In this document: one piece after another, positions 53,596-62,467 of the stretch
Layout: every line of letters begins with the position of its first letter
Position numbering within the stretch: the first letter of the stretch is position 1
Source: Bacilli bacterium
Lineage (GTDB): Bacteria; Bacillota_I; Bacilli_A; RF39; UBA660
Assembly: GCA_017626405.1 (NCBI GenBank)
Contig: JAGAIS010000006.1
Coordinates: forward strand, 7,100 to 71,099
Direction: 5' to 3'
Length of the DNA: 64,000 bases
Notes under the pieces: model-generated
Database searches by the model: none
What the model saw: the letters and a program-made list of their open reading frames with translations, nothing else
What the model was told of the DNA's origin: nothing
Translations under genes and position numbers: made by a program

Positions 53596-54716
53596 TTTTA
53601 AAGATAGAGAATAATATAGAAAAATTCATTATTAAATGTATAAGTTCCAATATAAATATTTTAAATATAGAATATCATGATAAATATGTATTGATAAAAA
53701 TAGATAAAAAAGAATATAGAAAAATCAAGAAACTAAGTTACTATACTAAAATAGACATAGTAAAATATACCGGAATCGAAAATATAAAAAGAATTATTAA
53801 GAAGTATTTATTTGACTTATTTATGATCATATTATTTATCATTTTAATCTATATACAGAGTAATATTATTGTTAAAGTTACAGTAAAACATGAGAATAAA
53901 AATCTAAAAGAAATAGTAAATAATCTAGTTAGAAAAAATGGTATTAAACCACTAACTATTGCAAAAAATAATAGAGAACTAAATGATATAAGTGATAAAA
54001 TATTAAATAATAATCGAGATATATTAGATTTTATTTCAATAACTAGAAATGGTATGACTTATACTATTTCATTAGAAGAGAGAATTATAAAAAACGAAAT
54101 AAAAGAAGACTCATATTGCAACATTATTTCTAACAAAGATGCCGTTGTAAATAAAATAACAACTTATAAGGGAATAAGTTTAGTAGAAAAGAATCAGTCA
54201 GTAAAAAAGGGAGACATTTTAATAAGTGGAGATTTAATCTTAAATGAAGAAGTAAAGAATCGAGTTTGTGCTGATGGTATTGTAATTGGAACTACTTGGT
54301 ATAAAATAAATATCAGTTATCCATTAGAGGAAAAGGAAAAAATACTAACTAAAAAACACAAATATAATGTAAGTATAAATAATAGGTTACTTTTAAAAAA
54401 TAAGTTTAAATTATATAAAATTGAAAATAAATTTAAATTTTTAAATATTAGAATTATAGACATAAGAGAAAAAGAAATAAAAACTATAAAATATAGTAAA
54501 GAAGAAGCAATTAAATTGGCAATTAAAAAAGCGGAGAATGAGTTATCCAAGAAAAAAGATAATAATTTTAAAATAATTGACGAAAAAGTTTTGAAAGTAA
54601 ACGAATTTAATAGTAAAATAGAATTAGAATTATTCTTAAGTGTAGAAGAAAATATTGGAATTAAAGAATTGGGTGATTTGAGTGATACCGAGCAAAGTTT
54701 ACGATATACTAATTAA
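53592..54716 (+). CDS. yqfD: YqfD-like sporulation protein
   Basis: 374 aa with a single internal TM (LFMIILFIILIYIQSNIIV) about 75 aa from the N-terminus. yqfC-yqfD order. Confidence 0.6.
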   Translation: MILKIENNIEKFIIKCISSNINILNIEYHDKYVLIKIDKKEYRKIKKLSYYTKIDIVKYTGIENIKRIIKKYLFDLFMIILFIILIYIQSNIIVKVTVKHENKNLKEIVNNLVRKNGIKPLTIAKNNRELNDISDKILNNNRDILDFISITRNGMTYTISLEERIIKNEIKEDSYCNIISNKDAVVNKITTYKGISLVEKNQSVKKGDILISGDLILNEEVKNRVCADGIVIGTTWYKINISYPLEEKEKILTKKHKYNVSINNRLLLKNKFKLYKIENKFKFLNIRIIDIREKEIKTIKYSKEEAIKLAIKKAENELSKKKDNNFKIIDEKVLKVNEFNSKIELELFLSVEENIGIKELGDLSDTEQSLRYTN

Positions 54717-55305
54717 CTTACTACCAATGATTATACTTTTTAGTGTCGTTATGATTTTAGTAAAAATAGTAGCAGTAATCTATAATAAAGAAAAGATAAT
54801 AGTATATAAAGATATTAAAAATCTTTTATATATAATTTATTGTTTTGCTCTATTCATGTTAGTTACAACTACGGATTTTAGTAGTTATTCTAACAATTTT
54901 ATTCCATTTAATGAGATAATGAGGTATGAATTAACTTCAGCATTATTCTATCGAAATATAATTGGCAATATTGCTCTTTTTATTCCGTTTGCCTTTATTA
55001 TAAGCGATATGATTAAAGATAAAATTGGAAAATCAAATCTTTTAATAACGTCATTTATATGCCTATTTACTTCATGTACAATCGAAACAATTCAAATGTT
55101 TATTGGAAGAAGTTTTGATGTCGATGACATAATTCTTAATTTCTTTGGTAGTATTCTTGGTTATATAATGTTTAAAGTTCTACATAAATTATATGACTTT
55201 CTTCCTAAATTTCTCCATAAAGATATGTTTAAAGCACTTTTCTTAATAGTTTTTGTAATAATATTTTTAATAATTTTTGTAATATATTATGAGGTGACAA
55301 GATGA
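54682..55305 (+). CDS. VanZ-family membrane protein
   Basis: NI.LFIPFAF and E.IQ.F.GRSFDVDDI.LN..G...GY. GTG start 5 nt after GGGTGA. Confidence 0.7.
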   Translation: MIPSKVYDILINLLPMIILFSVVMILVKIVAVIYNKEKIIVYKDIKNLLYIIYCFALFMLVTTTDFSSYSNNFIPFNEIMRYELTSALFYRNIIGNIALFIPFAFIISDMIKDKIGKSNLLITSFICLFTSCTIETIQMFIGRSFDVDDIILNFFGSILGYIMFKVLHKLYDFLPKFLHKDMFKALFLIVFVIIFLIIFVIYYEVTR

Positions 55306-55745
55306 ATCAATATGAAATATTTAATGAGTATGATTATAAAGAAGATTATAGATACTTAGATGAAGTAATTGAATATACTTTAAAAAAGCAAAATATTAGT
55401 AATGCGTATCTTTCCGTGATTTTTATCGATGATGATAAAATGCATGAAATGAACAAAGAATATCGCGGTATTGATAGAACAACGGATGTTTTATCATTTG
55501 CCTATGAGGACAATGAAAATATAATAGGAGAGGTTAGGGAATTAGGTGATATTTTTATATCAATTCCTAAAATGAAGAGTCAGGCTTTAGAATATGGCCA
55601 CTCAGAGAAGAGAGAACTATCTTTTTTAGTAGTACATGGAATACTTCATCTTCTAGGATTTGATCATACAATAGATTTAGAACATGAAAAAGCACAGTTT
55701 TCTCTACAGGATGAAATTTTGAATGAACTAAATATAACGAGATAA
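55302..55745 (+). CDS. ybeY: rRNA maturation endoribonuclease YbeY
   Basis: TDVLSF and HGILHLLGFDH (zinc site). The ATG overlaps the upstream stop. Confidence 0.9.
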   Translation: MNQYEIFNEYDYKEDYRYLDEVIEYTLKKQNISNAYLSVIFIDDDKMHEMNKEYRGIDRTTDVLSFAYEDNENIIGEVRELGDIFISIPKMKSQALEYGHSEKRELSFLVVHGILHLLGFDHTIDLEHEKAQFSLQDEILNELNITR

Positions 55746-55801
55746 TAAATTTACATAATATAATTCTCATGATATAATGAACTATAGTAGGAAGTGATTG
55801 A

Positions 55802-56683
55802 ATGAAAAGTGGATTTGCAAGTATAGTTGGAAGACCAAATACTGGAAAAAGTACATTGATTAATACTATCATTAATAATAAAATTGCTATCGTATCTAAT
55901 GTAGCTGGTACGACAAGAAATACTATTCAAGGTATTTATCATGATGATGATACTCAAATTGTATTTGTTGATACTCCAGGTATTCATAAAGCAGCTGATA
56001 AACTTGGAAAACACTTAAATAAGCAATCCTATGAATCACTTGAGGATATCGATGTCATCCTTTTCGTAGTTGATGCATCAGCAGGTCTTGGAAAAGGCGA
56101 TAGATTTATTATCGAAGCATTAAAACACACGACAGTTCCAGTAATTCTCGTCTTAAATAAAATAGATAAGATTACCAAGGATGGAATCCTAAAATGTATA
56201 AATAATTATAAAGATCTTTATGAATTTGCCGATATTATACCGATAAGTGCGTTGCGAGATGACAATGTTGACCGATTAATTACATTGACTAAAAAATATC
56301 TTAAAGATTCAATTAAGTATTATGATGATGATACTATAACAAATAATGATCCTATGTTTATGATATCAGAATTAGTCCGCGAGAAGATTTTAAATCTAAC
56401 AACCGATGAAGTACCGCATTCAATTACATGTGTACTCACATCGTACAATGAAACTTCAAATTTAATTAATATATCAGTTGATGTCATAGTATCGAGAGAT
56501 TCGCAAAAGAAAATAATAATAGGTAAACAAGGTAATATGCTAAAGACTATTGGTACAGAAGCGAGAAAAGATATTGAAAGAATGCTTGGAAAACAAGTAT
56601 ACTTAGAATTATATGTAAAAACAGTAAAGAATTGGAGAAATAAAGAAAAGTATTTAGCTGAATTGGGATTTGACAATAAATAG
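55802..56683 (+). CDS. era: GTPase Era
   Basis: G1 GRPNTGKST, DTPG, NKID, and a C-terminal KH domain (VKNWR). Confidence 0.95.
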   Translation: MKSGFASIVGRPNTGKSTLINTIINNKIAIVSNVAGTTRNTIQGIYHDDDTQIVFVDTPGIHKAADKLGKHLNKQSYESLEDIDVILFVVDASAGLGKGDRFIIEALKHTTVPVILVLNKIDKITKDGILKCINNYKDLYEFADIIPISALRDDNVDRLITLTKKYLKDSIKYYDDDTITNNDPMFMISELVREKILNLTTDEVPHSITCVLTSYNETSNLINISVDVIVSRDSQKKIIIGKQGNMLKTIGTEARKDIERMLGKQVYLELYVKTVKNWRNKEKYLAELGFDNK

Positions 56684-56700
56684 GATAGAAAGGTGAAAAT

Positions 56701-58017
56701 ATGGAAGTAGTATTAAAACTGGAAGATTTACTTGAACGTGAAAAAGAAGTATTTAATCAATACATAAAAAGCCAAAAAGAAATTGATATGCTTCCATTAT
56801 TAGATCGTTTTAGTGAAGAAGATAAAAAAATATATTCTATAGATGATGCATATAGATATTTACGAATGTATACATCTTCAAATATAATTACCAAAGAAGA
56901 ACAAGAAAAATTCATGATGGCCAAAAAAGTAGATCCTATCTTAGTATTCAAAAGAGGCAAAAAAGCCGTAAAGAAGTTAATAGAATCTAATGTTGATGAA
57001 AAGGAATTGTTTGTTTTAGCATCTGAATTTTCTAAAATTGATGGACGCATAAAAAATTATCCAATATCTTATGTAAAAAATTGTATTGAATACTATAAGA
57101 GAAATACAAAGAATACAGAGTTGATAAAAACACTCGAAGCTCTTGAAAAACTAGTTACAGATAATAATAACAGAGAATTTGATTTGTCATTAATACCGGT
57201 TATAATTAGTTTTGACGACTTTATTGCGTCTGTTAACTTTATAAAATCAATAAATATATCTTTTAAAGCACTAAAAAGACTAATAGACACCTATTGTGTG
57301 CTTTATCCAGGAAACGAATCAGATATTTCATATTTAAAAGAAGTTTCTAGTATTTTAAAGAGACAAGAGAAGAATATTATCCCATCATCCGATAATAATA
57401 TTTCTAAAAGACTTACTAAGTTGTCTCATCTACTTGAAATATATCTAACGACAGATATTGATGATGTACTTAAAATCGAAGGCAAGTATCATATGTCTGA
57501 ATATGAGTTTAATCTAGCATTAAAAGAAGGAATTATCTCAAAAGAGCCTGTTATTATATCTTTAATAGATAAATACAATATCAAAGAAAGAGCAATAGAT
57601 GAGTATAATACTAGTATTTCCGTTTCCATTGGAAATGCTATTATGCATGGCGCACATTATGGAAATGGGAACCGACCATTCAATATTATTGACTATTTTA
57701 ATATGAATAATGGATTATCAATTGAAATAATAAAAAGAAAAGTAAGAGAAAACTTTGATAGTAAACAAGCTGAATACATTATAAAAGCACTTGAATCACT
57801 AGATTTCAAAAACGCTTATCAATCAGAAAAAGATCTAAGTGCTAGTATTGGTGTATTTAGCAAAAATGGAAGAAACATGTCTAAGGAAGAAAAAGAGATT
57901 ATAATAAGATATATGGTAGACAATAATTTACCTATAAATAATTCAGTATTCTTTGCTGCTTGTGAAAGATATTTCGATGGAGATTTAGAAATAGAAGCTG
58001 AAAAAAAGATTGCTTAA
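56701..58017 (+). CDS. hypothetical protein (438 aa) between era and yqzL/recO
   Basis: Long ORF with AAAGGTGA SD, 17 nt after the era stop. Predicted helical; no domain recognised. Confidence 0.5.
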   Translation: MEVVLKLEDLLEREKEVFNQYIKSQKEIDMLPLLDRFSEEDKKIYSIDDAYRYLRMYTSSNIITKEEQEKFMMAKKVDPILVFKRGKKAVKKLIESNVDEKELFVLASEFSKIDGRIKNYPISYVKNCIEYYKRNTKNTELIKTLEALEKLVTDNNNREFDLSLIPVIISFDDFIASVNFIKSINISFKALKRLIDTYCVLYPGNESDISYLKEVSSILKRQEKNIIPSSDNNISKRLTKLSHLLEIYLTTDIDDVLKIEGKYHMSEYEFNLALKEGIISKEPVIISLIDKYNIKERAIDEYNTSISVSIGNAIMHGAHYGNGNRPFNIIDYFNMNNGLSIEIIKRKVRENFDSKQAEYIIKALESLDFKNAYQSEKDLSASIGVFSKNGRNMSKEEKEIIIRYMVDNNLPINNSVFFAACERYFDGDLEIEAEKKIA

Positions 58018-58034
58018 TTGAATAAAAAACATAA

Positions 58035-58073
58035 ATATCATCCATTATATATTTAGAAAGGATGATATTTTTT
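58035..58073 (+). terminator. hairpin plus T-run after the 438-aa gene, overlapping the yqzL SD and start
   Basis: Stem atatcatcc/ggatgatat (16-nt loop) followed by T5, running into TTG 58072. Confidence 0.4.
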
Positions 58074-58149
58074 GAATAAAAAAGAGGCTTGGGAGTTATT
58101 TAAAAAGACTGGCAAAATAGAATATTATTTAGAATATAAAAAGAAGTGA
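58072..58149 (+). CDS. yqzL: YqzL-like micro-protein (25 aa), unannotated
   Basis: TTG start. MNKKEAWELFKKTGKIEYYLEYKKK fits the YqzL pattern W..F..TG.I..YL.YK. Occupies the era-yqzL-recO position seen in B. subtilis. Stop lies 4 nt before recO. Confidence 0.5.
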   Translation: MNKKEAWELFKKTGKIEYYLEYKKK

Positions 58150-58153
58150 TTTT

Positions 58154-58876
58154 ATGCTAAAAACTATTGAAGGTGTTGTAGTTTCGACAACCCCTTTCAG
58201 TGAAAATTCAAAAATTATAAATATTTTAACTAAGGATGGTATTATTAGTGTTATGTCTAAGGGATCAAAAAAAGTTAATAGTCCACTTAGAATTATATCT
58301 AATAAACTAACTTACGGAGAATATACTATATATTATAATAAAGATAAGTTATCTACCTTAAAAGAGGGATCTGTGATTAATGAATTTAAACACATTCATT
58401 CTGAACTTTCTTTAATATCCTATTTTACATATATTACTGAATTATCTAGTCAAGTAATGAAAGAGAATACATTTGAAGAAATATATAATTTATATATAAA
58501 AACTATTTTAAAAATCGAGAATGGTTTTAATCCTATTGTAATGATGAATATATTGGAAATTAAATTACTTGATTATCTTGGTGTAACATTATCACTTAAT
58601 GGATGTGCTAAATGTGGAAGTGATAAAGATATAATTACAATTGATCCCGATGCAGGAGGATATCTATGTAAAAACTGTTATACTAATGAAGTAATATATG
58701 ATGAGAAGGTTAGAAAGATGCTTAGAATGTATTATTTAGTTGATATTGATAGTATAAAAGAGTTAAAAATTACAGACTATGTAATAGATGCAATTAATCA
58801 CTTTATGACAGTCTACTATGATCGCTATACGGGAATTTATACTCATAGTAAGAAATTTCTCAACGAAAAATACTAA
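58154..58876 (+). CDS. recO: DNA repair protein RecO
   Basis: N-terminal OB fold (G.V......SE.SKI...T..G) and a zinc-finger region C.KCGS......D...GG..C..C. Lies downstream of era. Confidence 0.85.
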   Translation: MLKTIEGVVVSTTPFSENSKIINILTKDGIISVMSKGSKKVNSPLRIISNKLTYGEYTIYYNKDKLSTLKEGSVINEFKHIHSELSLISYFTYITELSSQVMKENTFEEIYNLYIKTILKIENGFNPIVMMNILEIKLLDYLGVTLSLNGCAKCGSDKDIITIDPDAGGYLCKNCYTNEVIYDEKVRKMLRMYYLVDIDSIKELKITDYVIDAINHFMTVYYDRYTGIYTHSKKFLNEKY

Positions 58877-58897
58877 ATTGATATTTAGTATTTTTTT
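58869..58897 (+). terminator. rho-independent terminator after recO
   Basis: 10-bp stem aatactaaat/atttagtatt spanning the stop codon, then T7. Confidence 0.6.
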
Positions 58898-58910
58898 AAT
58901 GAATAATTAA

Positions 58911-58919
58911 TGGTATAAT
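58911..58919 (+). promoter_or_regulatory. extended -10 element (TGgTATAAT)
   Basis: Lies between the recO terminator and GTG 58938. Confidence 0.4.
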
Positions 58920-58937
58920 TTAAAATAGGTGAGTAGT

Positions 58938-60188
58938 GTGAACTTATTTAAAAGAGCGAAAAGAGAATTAACTGAAGATGAAATCATCGAGAAAGAATTA
59001 AATGAAGAATTTAAAGAGCCAAATCTTTTTGATTTTAAAGAAATTATTAATTTAATCAAGACAAAAACTGACGATGAAATCGAATACGAAAACCTTCTAA
59101 CAGAAGAGGAAAAACTAGAAGAAAAACGTGAAAAAGAAGAAGATAAAAAGTTTATGATTAAAGCATTTTCAATACTAGCTGGCATATTTATCGTGATTAT
59201 TGGTATTAGTGCATTCTTGGTAAATGAAAATAAAAGTGACTTATATAAAATTACTGAACCTTTATTAAAAGAATATTATAAAAAGAATTACAACGAAAGG
59301 GTTTCTTTTAAATCTTTAGAAAAACTTAAAATTGATGATGAAGAAACTGGAATTGTATTAGCCACTACTAAAGATGGCAAACATATAATGACTATAAATA
59401 ATGAATTAATTGGCGATGATATTAGCAATAAAATTCATAAAGAACTAAAAAGTGAACTCGATAATAAAATGGCTAATTTTAGCATCTTGAATAGTGAAAT
59501 TAGTCTATCTTATAAAGACTATTATCAGGAATATAATAAAAAAATAGAATATATAAATGTCATCCCTAATTTAAAATTAGAAGAATTGAAAATCACAAAA
59601 AAATTAACTGTTGAATATGTAGCATTTTATAATGGATATTTAGATAATAATACTGTTTTGGAGATTTTAAATGATTATTCTGATGATTCAAAGTTCTATT
59701 TTATAAAACTTGAAAATGGTTTTCCTACTAGACTAGATGTAATTAATAATAAAGCTCAATTTAACATTGCTATTACTGGAAATCGTGAAGTAGAGAAAGG
59801 TGTATTCATATATGATTTAGATCGAACTATAAATTCAACAAATACAGTAAAATTTAGTAGATATGCCGATAATACAATTGAGGAATATCCAAACTATAAA
59901 CTTAAAAATATCTTTAAAATAGAATTAGAATCCGACTATTACTACGATAAAGATAAAATCATCAGTAAATACTTTTTAATTAAAATGAATAACTTAAATA
60001 AGAATAATTTGTTACAAGTTGATTATAACGAAGATGACCGTACTTTTTTTGAAATGAATATAAAGAACTATCACAACTATATTATTACTAGTTTTGGGGG
60101 ATCTACATATCTAATAGGAGATAATGATGTAACATTTGGTACATTAGAGGAAAATAAGTCACCTCTTTGTAATTTAGGTCTATGCTAA
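58938..60188 (+). CDS. hypothetical single-pass membrane protein (acidic N-terminus, large extracytoplasmic domain)
   Basis: GTG start 5 nt after AGGTGA. TM FMIKAFSILAGIFIVIIGISAFLV. No domain recognised. Confidence 0.5.
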   Translation: MNLFKRAKRELTEDEIIEKELNEEFKEPNLFDFKEIINLIKTKTDDEIEYENLLTEEEKLEEKREKEEDKKFMIKAFSILAGIFIVIIGISAFLVNENKSDLYKITEPLLKEYYKKNYNERVSFKSLEKLKIDDEETGIVLATTKDGKHIMTINNELIGDDISNKIHKELKSELDNKMANFSILNSEISLSYKDYYQEYNKKIEYINVIPNLKLEELKITKKLTVEYVAFYNGYLDNNTVLEILNDYSDDSKFYFIKLENGFPTRLDVINNKAQFNIAITGNREVEKGVFIYDLDRTINSTNTVKFSRYADNTIEEYPNYKLKNIFKIELESDYYYDKDKIISKYFLIKMNNLNKNNLLQVDYNEDDRTFFEMNIKNYHNYIITSFGGSTYLIGDNDVTFGTLEENKSPLCNLGLC

Positions 60189-60199
60189 ATATTTATTTA

Positions 60200-60208
60200 T
60201 GATATAAT
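60200..60208 (+). promoter_or_regulatory. extended -10 element (TGaTATAAT)
   Basis: 47 nt upstream of ATG 60255. Confidence 0.4.
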
Positions 60209-60254
60209 ATTAAAGAAAATTGACATTTATAAATTAATTAAGGGAGGAAATATT

Positions 60255-62006
60255 ATGAATCTAAAAGATTTATATATTAATTTTTTTGTAAGTAAAGGAC
60301 ATAAACAAATTCCAAGTGCGCCAGTCGTTCCCGAAAATGATAATACTGTTTTATTTAATACTGCCGGTATGCAACCATTAATTCCATATTTAATGGGTGA
60401 ACCACATCCTTATGGAACGAGATTGTGCGATTATCAAAAATGTATAAGAACAAACGATTTAGATGAAGTTGGAGATTCATTTCACCATACTTTTTTTGAA
60501 ATGTTAGGCAATTGGAGTTTAGGTGATTACTTTAAAGAAGATGCCATCAAGTGGAGTTTTGAATTTTTAACTGAAGTATTACATATACCTGTAGAAAGAT
60601 TGGCAGTTACTGTCTTTGCTGGTAACGAAATTGCTCCAAGAGATGAAGAAGCCATTAATCTATGGAAGAGTCTTGGAATTAGTGAAAAGAGAATCTATGA
60701 GACAAAGGAAGATAATTGGTGGCCAAACTTAGAAATGCCAGGATTGTGTGGTCCAGACAGCGAAATGTTCTATTTTAGAAGCGACGATGAGATTCCTGAA
60801 GTATTTGATCCTGAAGATGATAGATGGGTAGAAATATGGAATGATGTATTTATGCAATACAATCACAATGAAGATGGAACAATCACAACTTTAAAGAACA
60901 AAAATGTCGATACCGGTATGGGAGTAGAAAGAGTGACAGCGATTCTTGAAGGAGTAAATGATAACTATCTATCAAGTATATTTAAAGATATAATTGATTT
61001 AATATCAGAGATAAGTAATTTACCATACGAAGGAAATGAAAAGAGTATGAGAATAATTGCTGATCACATGCGTACTAGTGTATTTATAGCTGCTGATTAT
61101 TCTTCAATTAAACCTAGTAATGTTGGCCAAGGATATATTTTGCGAAGATTAATAAGAAGAGTAATTAGACATGCTAAGAAGCTCAATATAGACATTAGTA
61201 GTAATTTTGAAGAAAGAATCGCAAATATGATAATGGATAAATATGAAAAGTACTATAAAGAAATTAAAGAAAATAGACAAATAGTACTAGATGTCTTAAA
61301 AAATGAAAAAGAAAAGTTTAATAGAACACTAGAAAAGGGATTGCGCGAATTCGAAAAAGTAGTTACTAGATATGAGAAAATAGATGCTGATAATGCCTTC
61401 CACTTGTACGATACTTATGGTTTCCCAATCGAGTTAACTGTTGAACTTGCAAACGAAAGACAAATAAAAGTCGATGAGAAGGGATTCGAGATGAAATTCA
61501 AAGAGCATCAAGAATTATCGAGAACAGCATCGAGTGGCCAATTTAAAGGTGGTCTTGGTGGATCTGGTGAAATTGAAACTAGATATCATACTGCAACACA
61601 CTTATTAAATGCAGCCTTAAAAGTAATAGTAGATAAAGATGTTCATCAAAAGGGCTCCAATATTACTGCCGAGAGAATGCGTTTTGACTTCTCATGTGAT
61701 CATAAACTAACAGATGAAGAAAAACAAAATACAGAAAATCTTGTAAATAAATGGATTAGCGAAGGATTAGATGTCACAGTTGAGAGCATGCCAAAAAGTG
61801 ATGCTATAGCATCAGGAGCAGAATGTATGTTTATCGAAAAATATCCCGATATTGTAACAGTTTATACAATAGGAGACAATATATCAAAAGAATTATGTGG
61901 AGGGCCTCATGTAAAGAACACTAAAGAACTTGGACACTTCAAGATAGTTAAAGAAGAGGCATCATCTCAAGGCGTTAGAAGAATTAAAGCAATTTTGGAG
62001 GATTAA
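60255..62006 (+). CDS. alaS: short alanine--tRNA ligase (catalytic, tRNA-recognition and editing domains; no C-terminal C-Ala domain)
   Basis: F..KGH...PS...VP.ND.T.LF..AGM, QKCIR, HHTFFEMLGNWS.GDYFK, and editing-site HTATHLL plus CGGPHV. Only 583 aa, against roughly 870-880 aa for typical bacterial AlaRS. GGGAGG SD. Confidence 0.8.
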   Translation: MNLKDLYINFFVSKGHKQIPSAPVVPENDNTVLFNTAGMQPLIPYLMGEPHPYGTRLCDYQKCIRTNDLDEVGDSFHHTFFEMLGNWSLGDYFKEDAIKWSFEFLTEVLHIPVERLAVTVFAGNEIAPRDEEAINLWKSLGISEKRIYETKEDNWWPNLEMPGLCGPDSEMFYFRSDDEIPEVFDPEDDRWVEIWNDVFMQYNHNEDGTITTLKNKNVDTGMGVERVTAILEGVNDNYLSSIFKDIIDLISEISNLPYEGNEKSMRIIADHMRTSVFIAADYSSIKPSNVGQGYILRRLIRRVIRHAKKLNIDISSNFEERIANMIMDKYEKYYKEIKENRQIVLDVLKNEKEKFNRTLEKGLREFEKVVTRYEKIDADNAFHLYDTYGFPIELTVELANERQIKVDEKGFEMKFKEHQELSRTASSGQFKGGLGGSGEIETRYHTATHLLNAALKVIVDKDVHQKGSNITAERMRFDFSCDHKLTDEEKQNTENLVNKWISEGLDVTVESMPKSDAIASGAECMFIEKYPDIVTVYTIGDNISKELCGGPHVKNTKELGHFKIVKEEASSQGVRRIKAILED

Positions 62007-62459
62007 ATGAAAAAAGAAGTAAAAAATATTGATGTTAAAGCAAGTGCCAAAGAAATGAAAGATAAAGGATTCAAATTTATTCAGGAATTTAAATCTTTTG
62101 TCCTAAGGGGAAATGTGATGGATATGGCTATTGGTGTCATCATAGGTGGTGCATTTACAAGTATCGTATCTGCTCTAACTGCCGATTTTATCAATCCCTT
62201 AATAAATTGCTTTGGTGGTGCCGAAGTAAAAGGTCAATTAGAAATATTTAATACTGGTCAATATATCAATTGGGGACATTTCCTAACTGCTATAATTAAT
62301 TTTCTAATAATGGCAGCAGTACTATTTATTCTATTAAAAGTAGTACATAAAATTACTGAAATTGGCCGTAAAAAGGAAGAACAAGAAGTAGAAGTTAAGA
62401 AAAGCGATGAAGTAATACTTTTAGAAGAAATAAGAGATTTATTAAAAAAGAATAAATAG
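62007..62459 (+). CDS. mscL: large-conductance mechanosensitive channel
   Basis: FKSFVLRGNVMDMAIGVIIGGAFTSIVSAL..D.I.PLI, with a second TM. Starts 1 nt after the alaS stop. Confidence 0.9.
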   Translation: MKKEVKNIDVKASAKEMKDKGFKFIQEFKSFVLRGNVMDMAIGVIIGGAFTSIVSALTADFINPLINCFGGAEVKGQLEIFNTGQYINWGHFLTAIINFLIMAAVLFILLKVVHKITEIGRKKEEQEVEVKKSDEVILLEEIRDLLKKNK

Positions 62460-62467
62460 AGGTTATT

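Noticed and set aside
55567-56014. Two minus-strand ORFs (55567-55872 and 55751-56014) across the ybeY-era junction.
   Set aside because: They are antisense to the conserved ybeY zinc site and the era G1 motif, and are therefore shadow ORFs.
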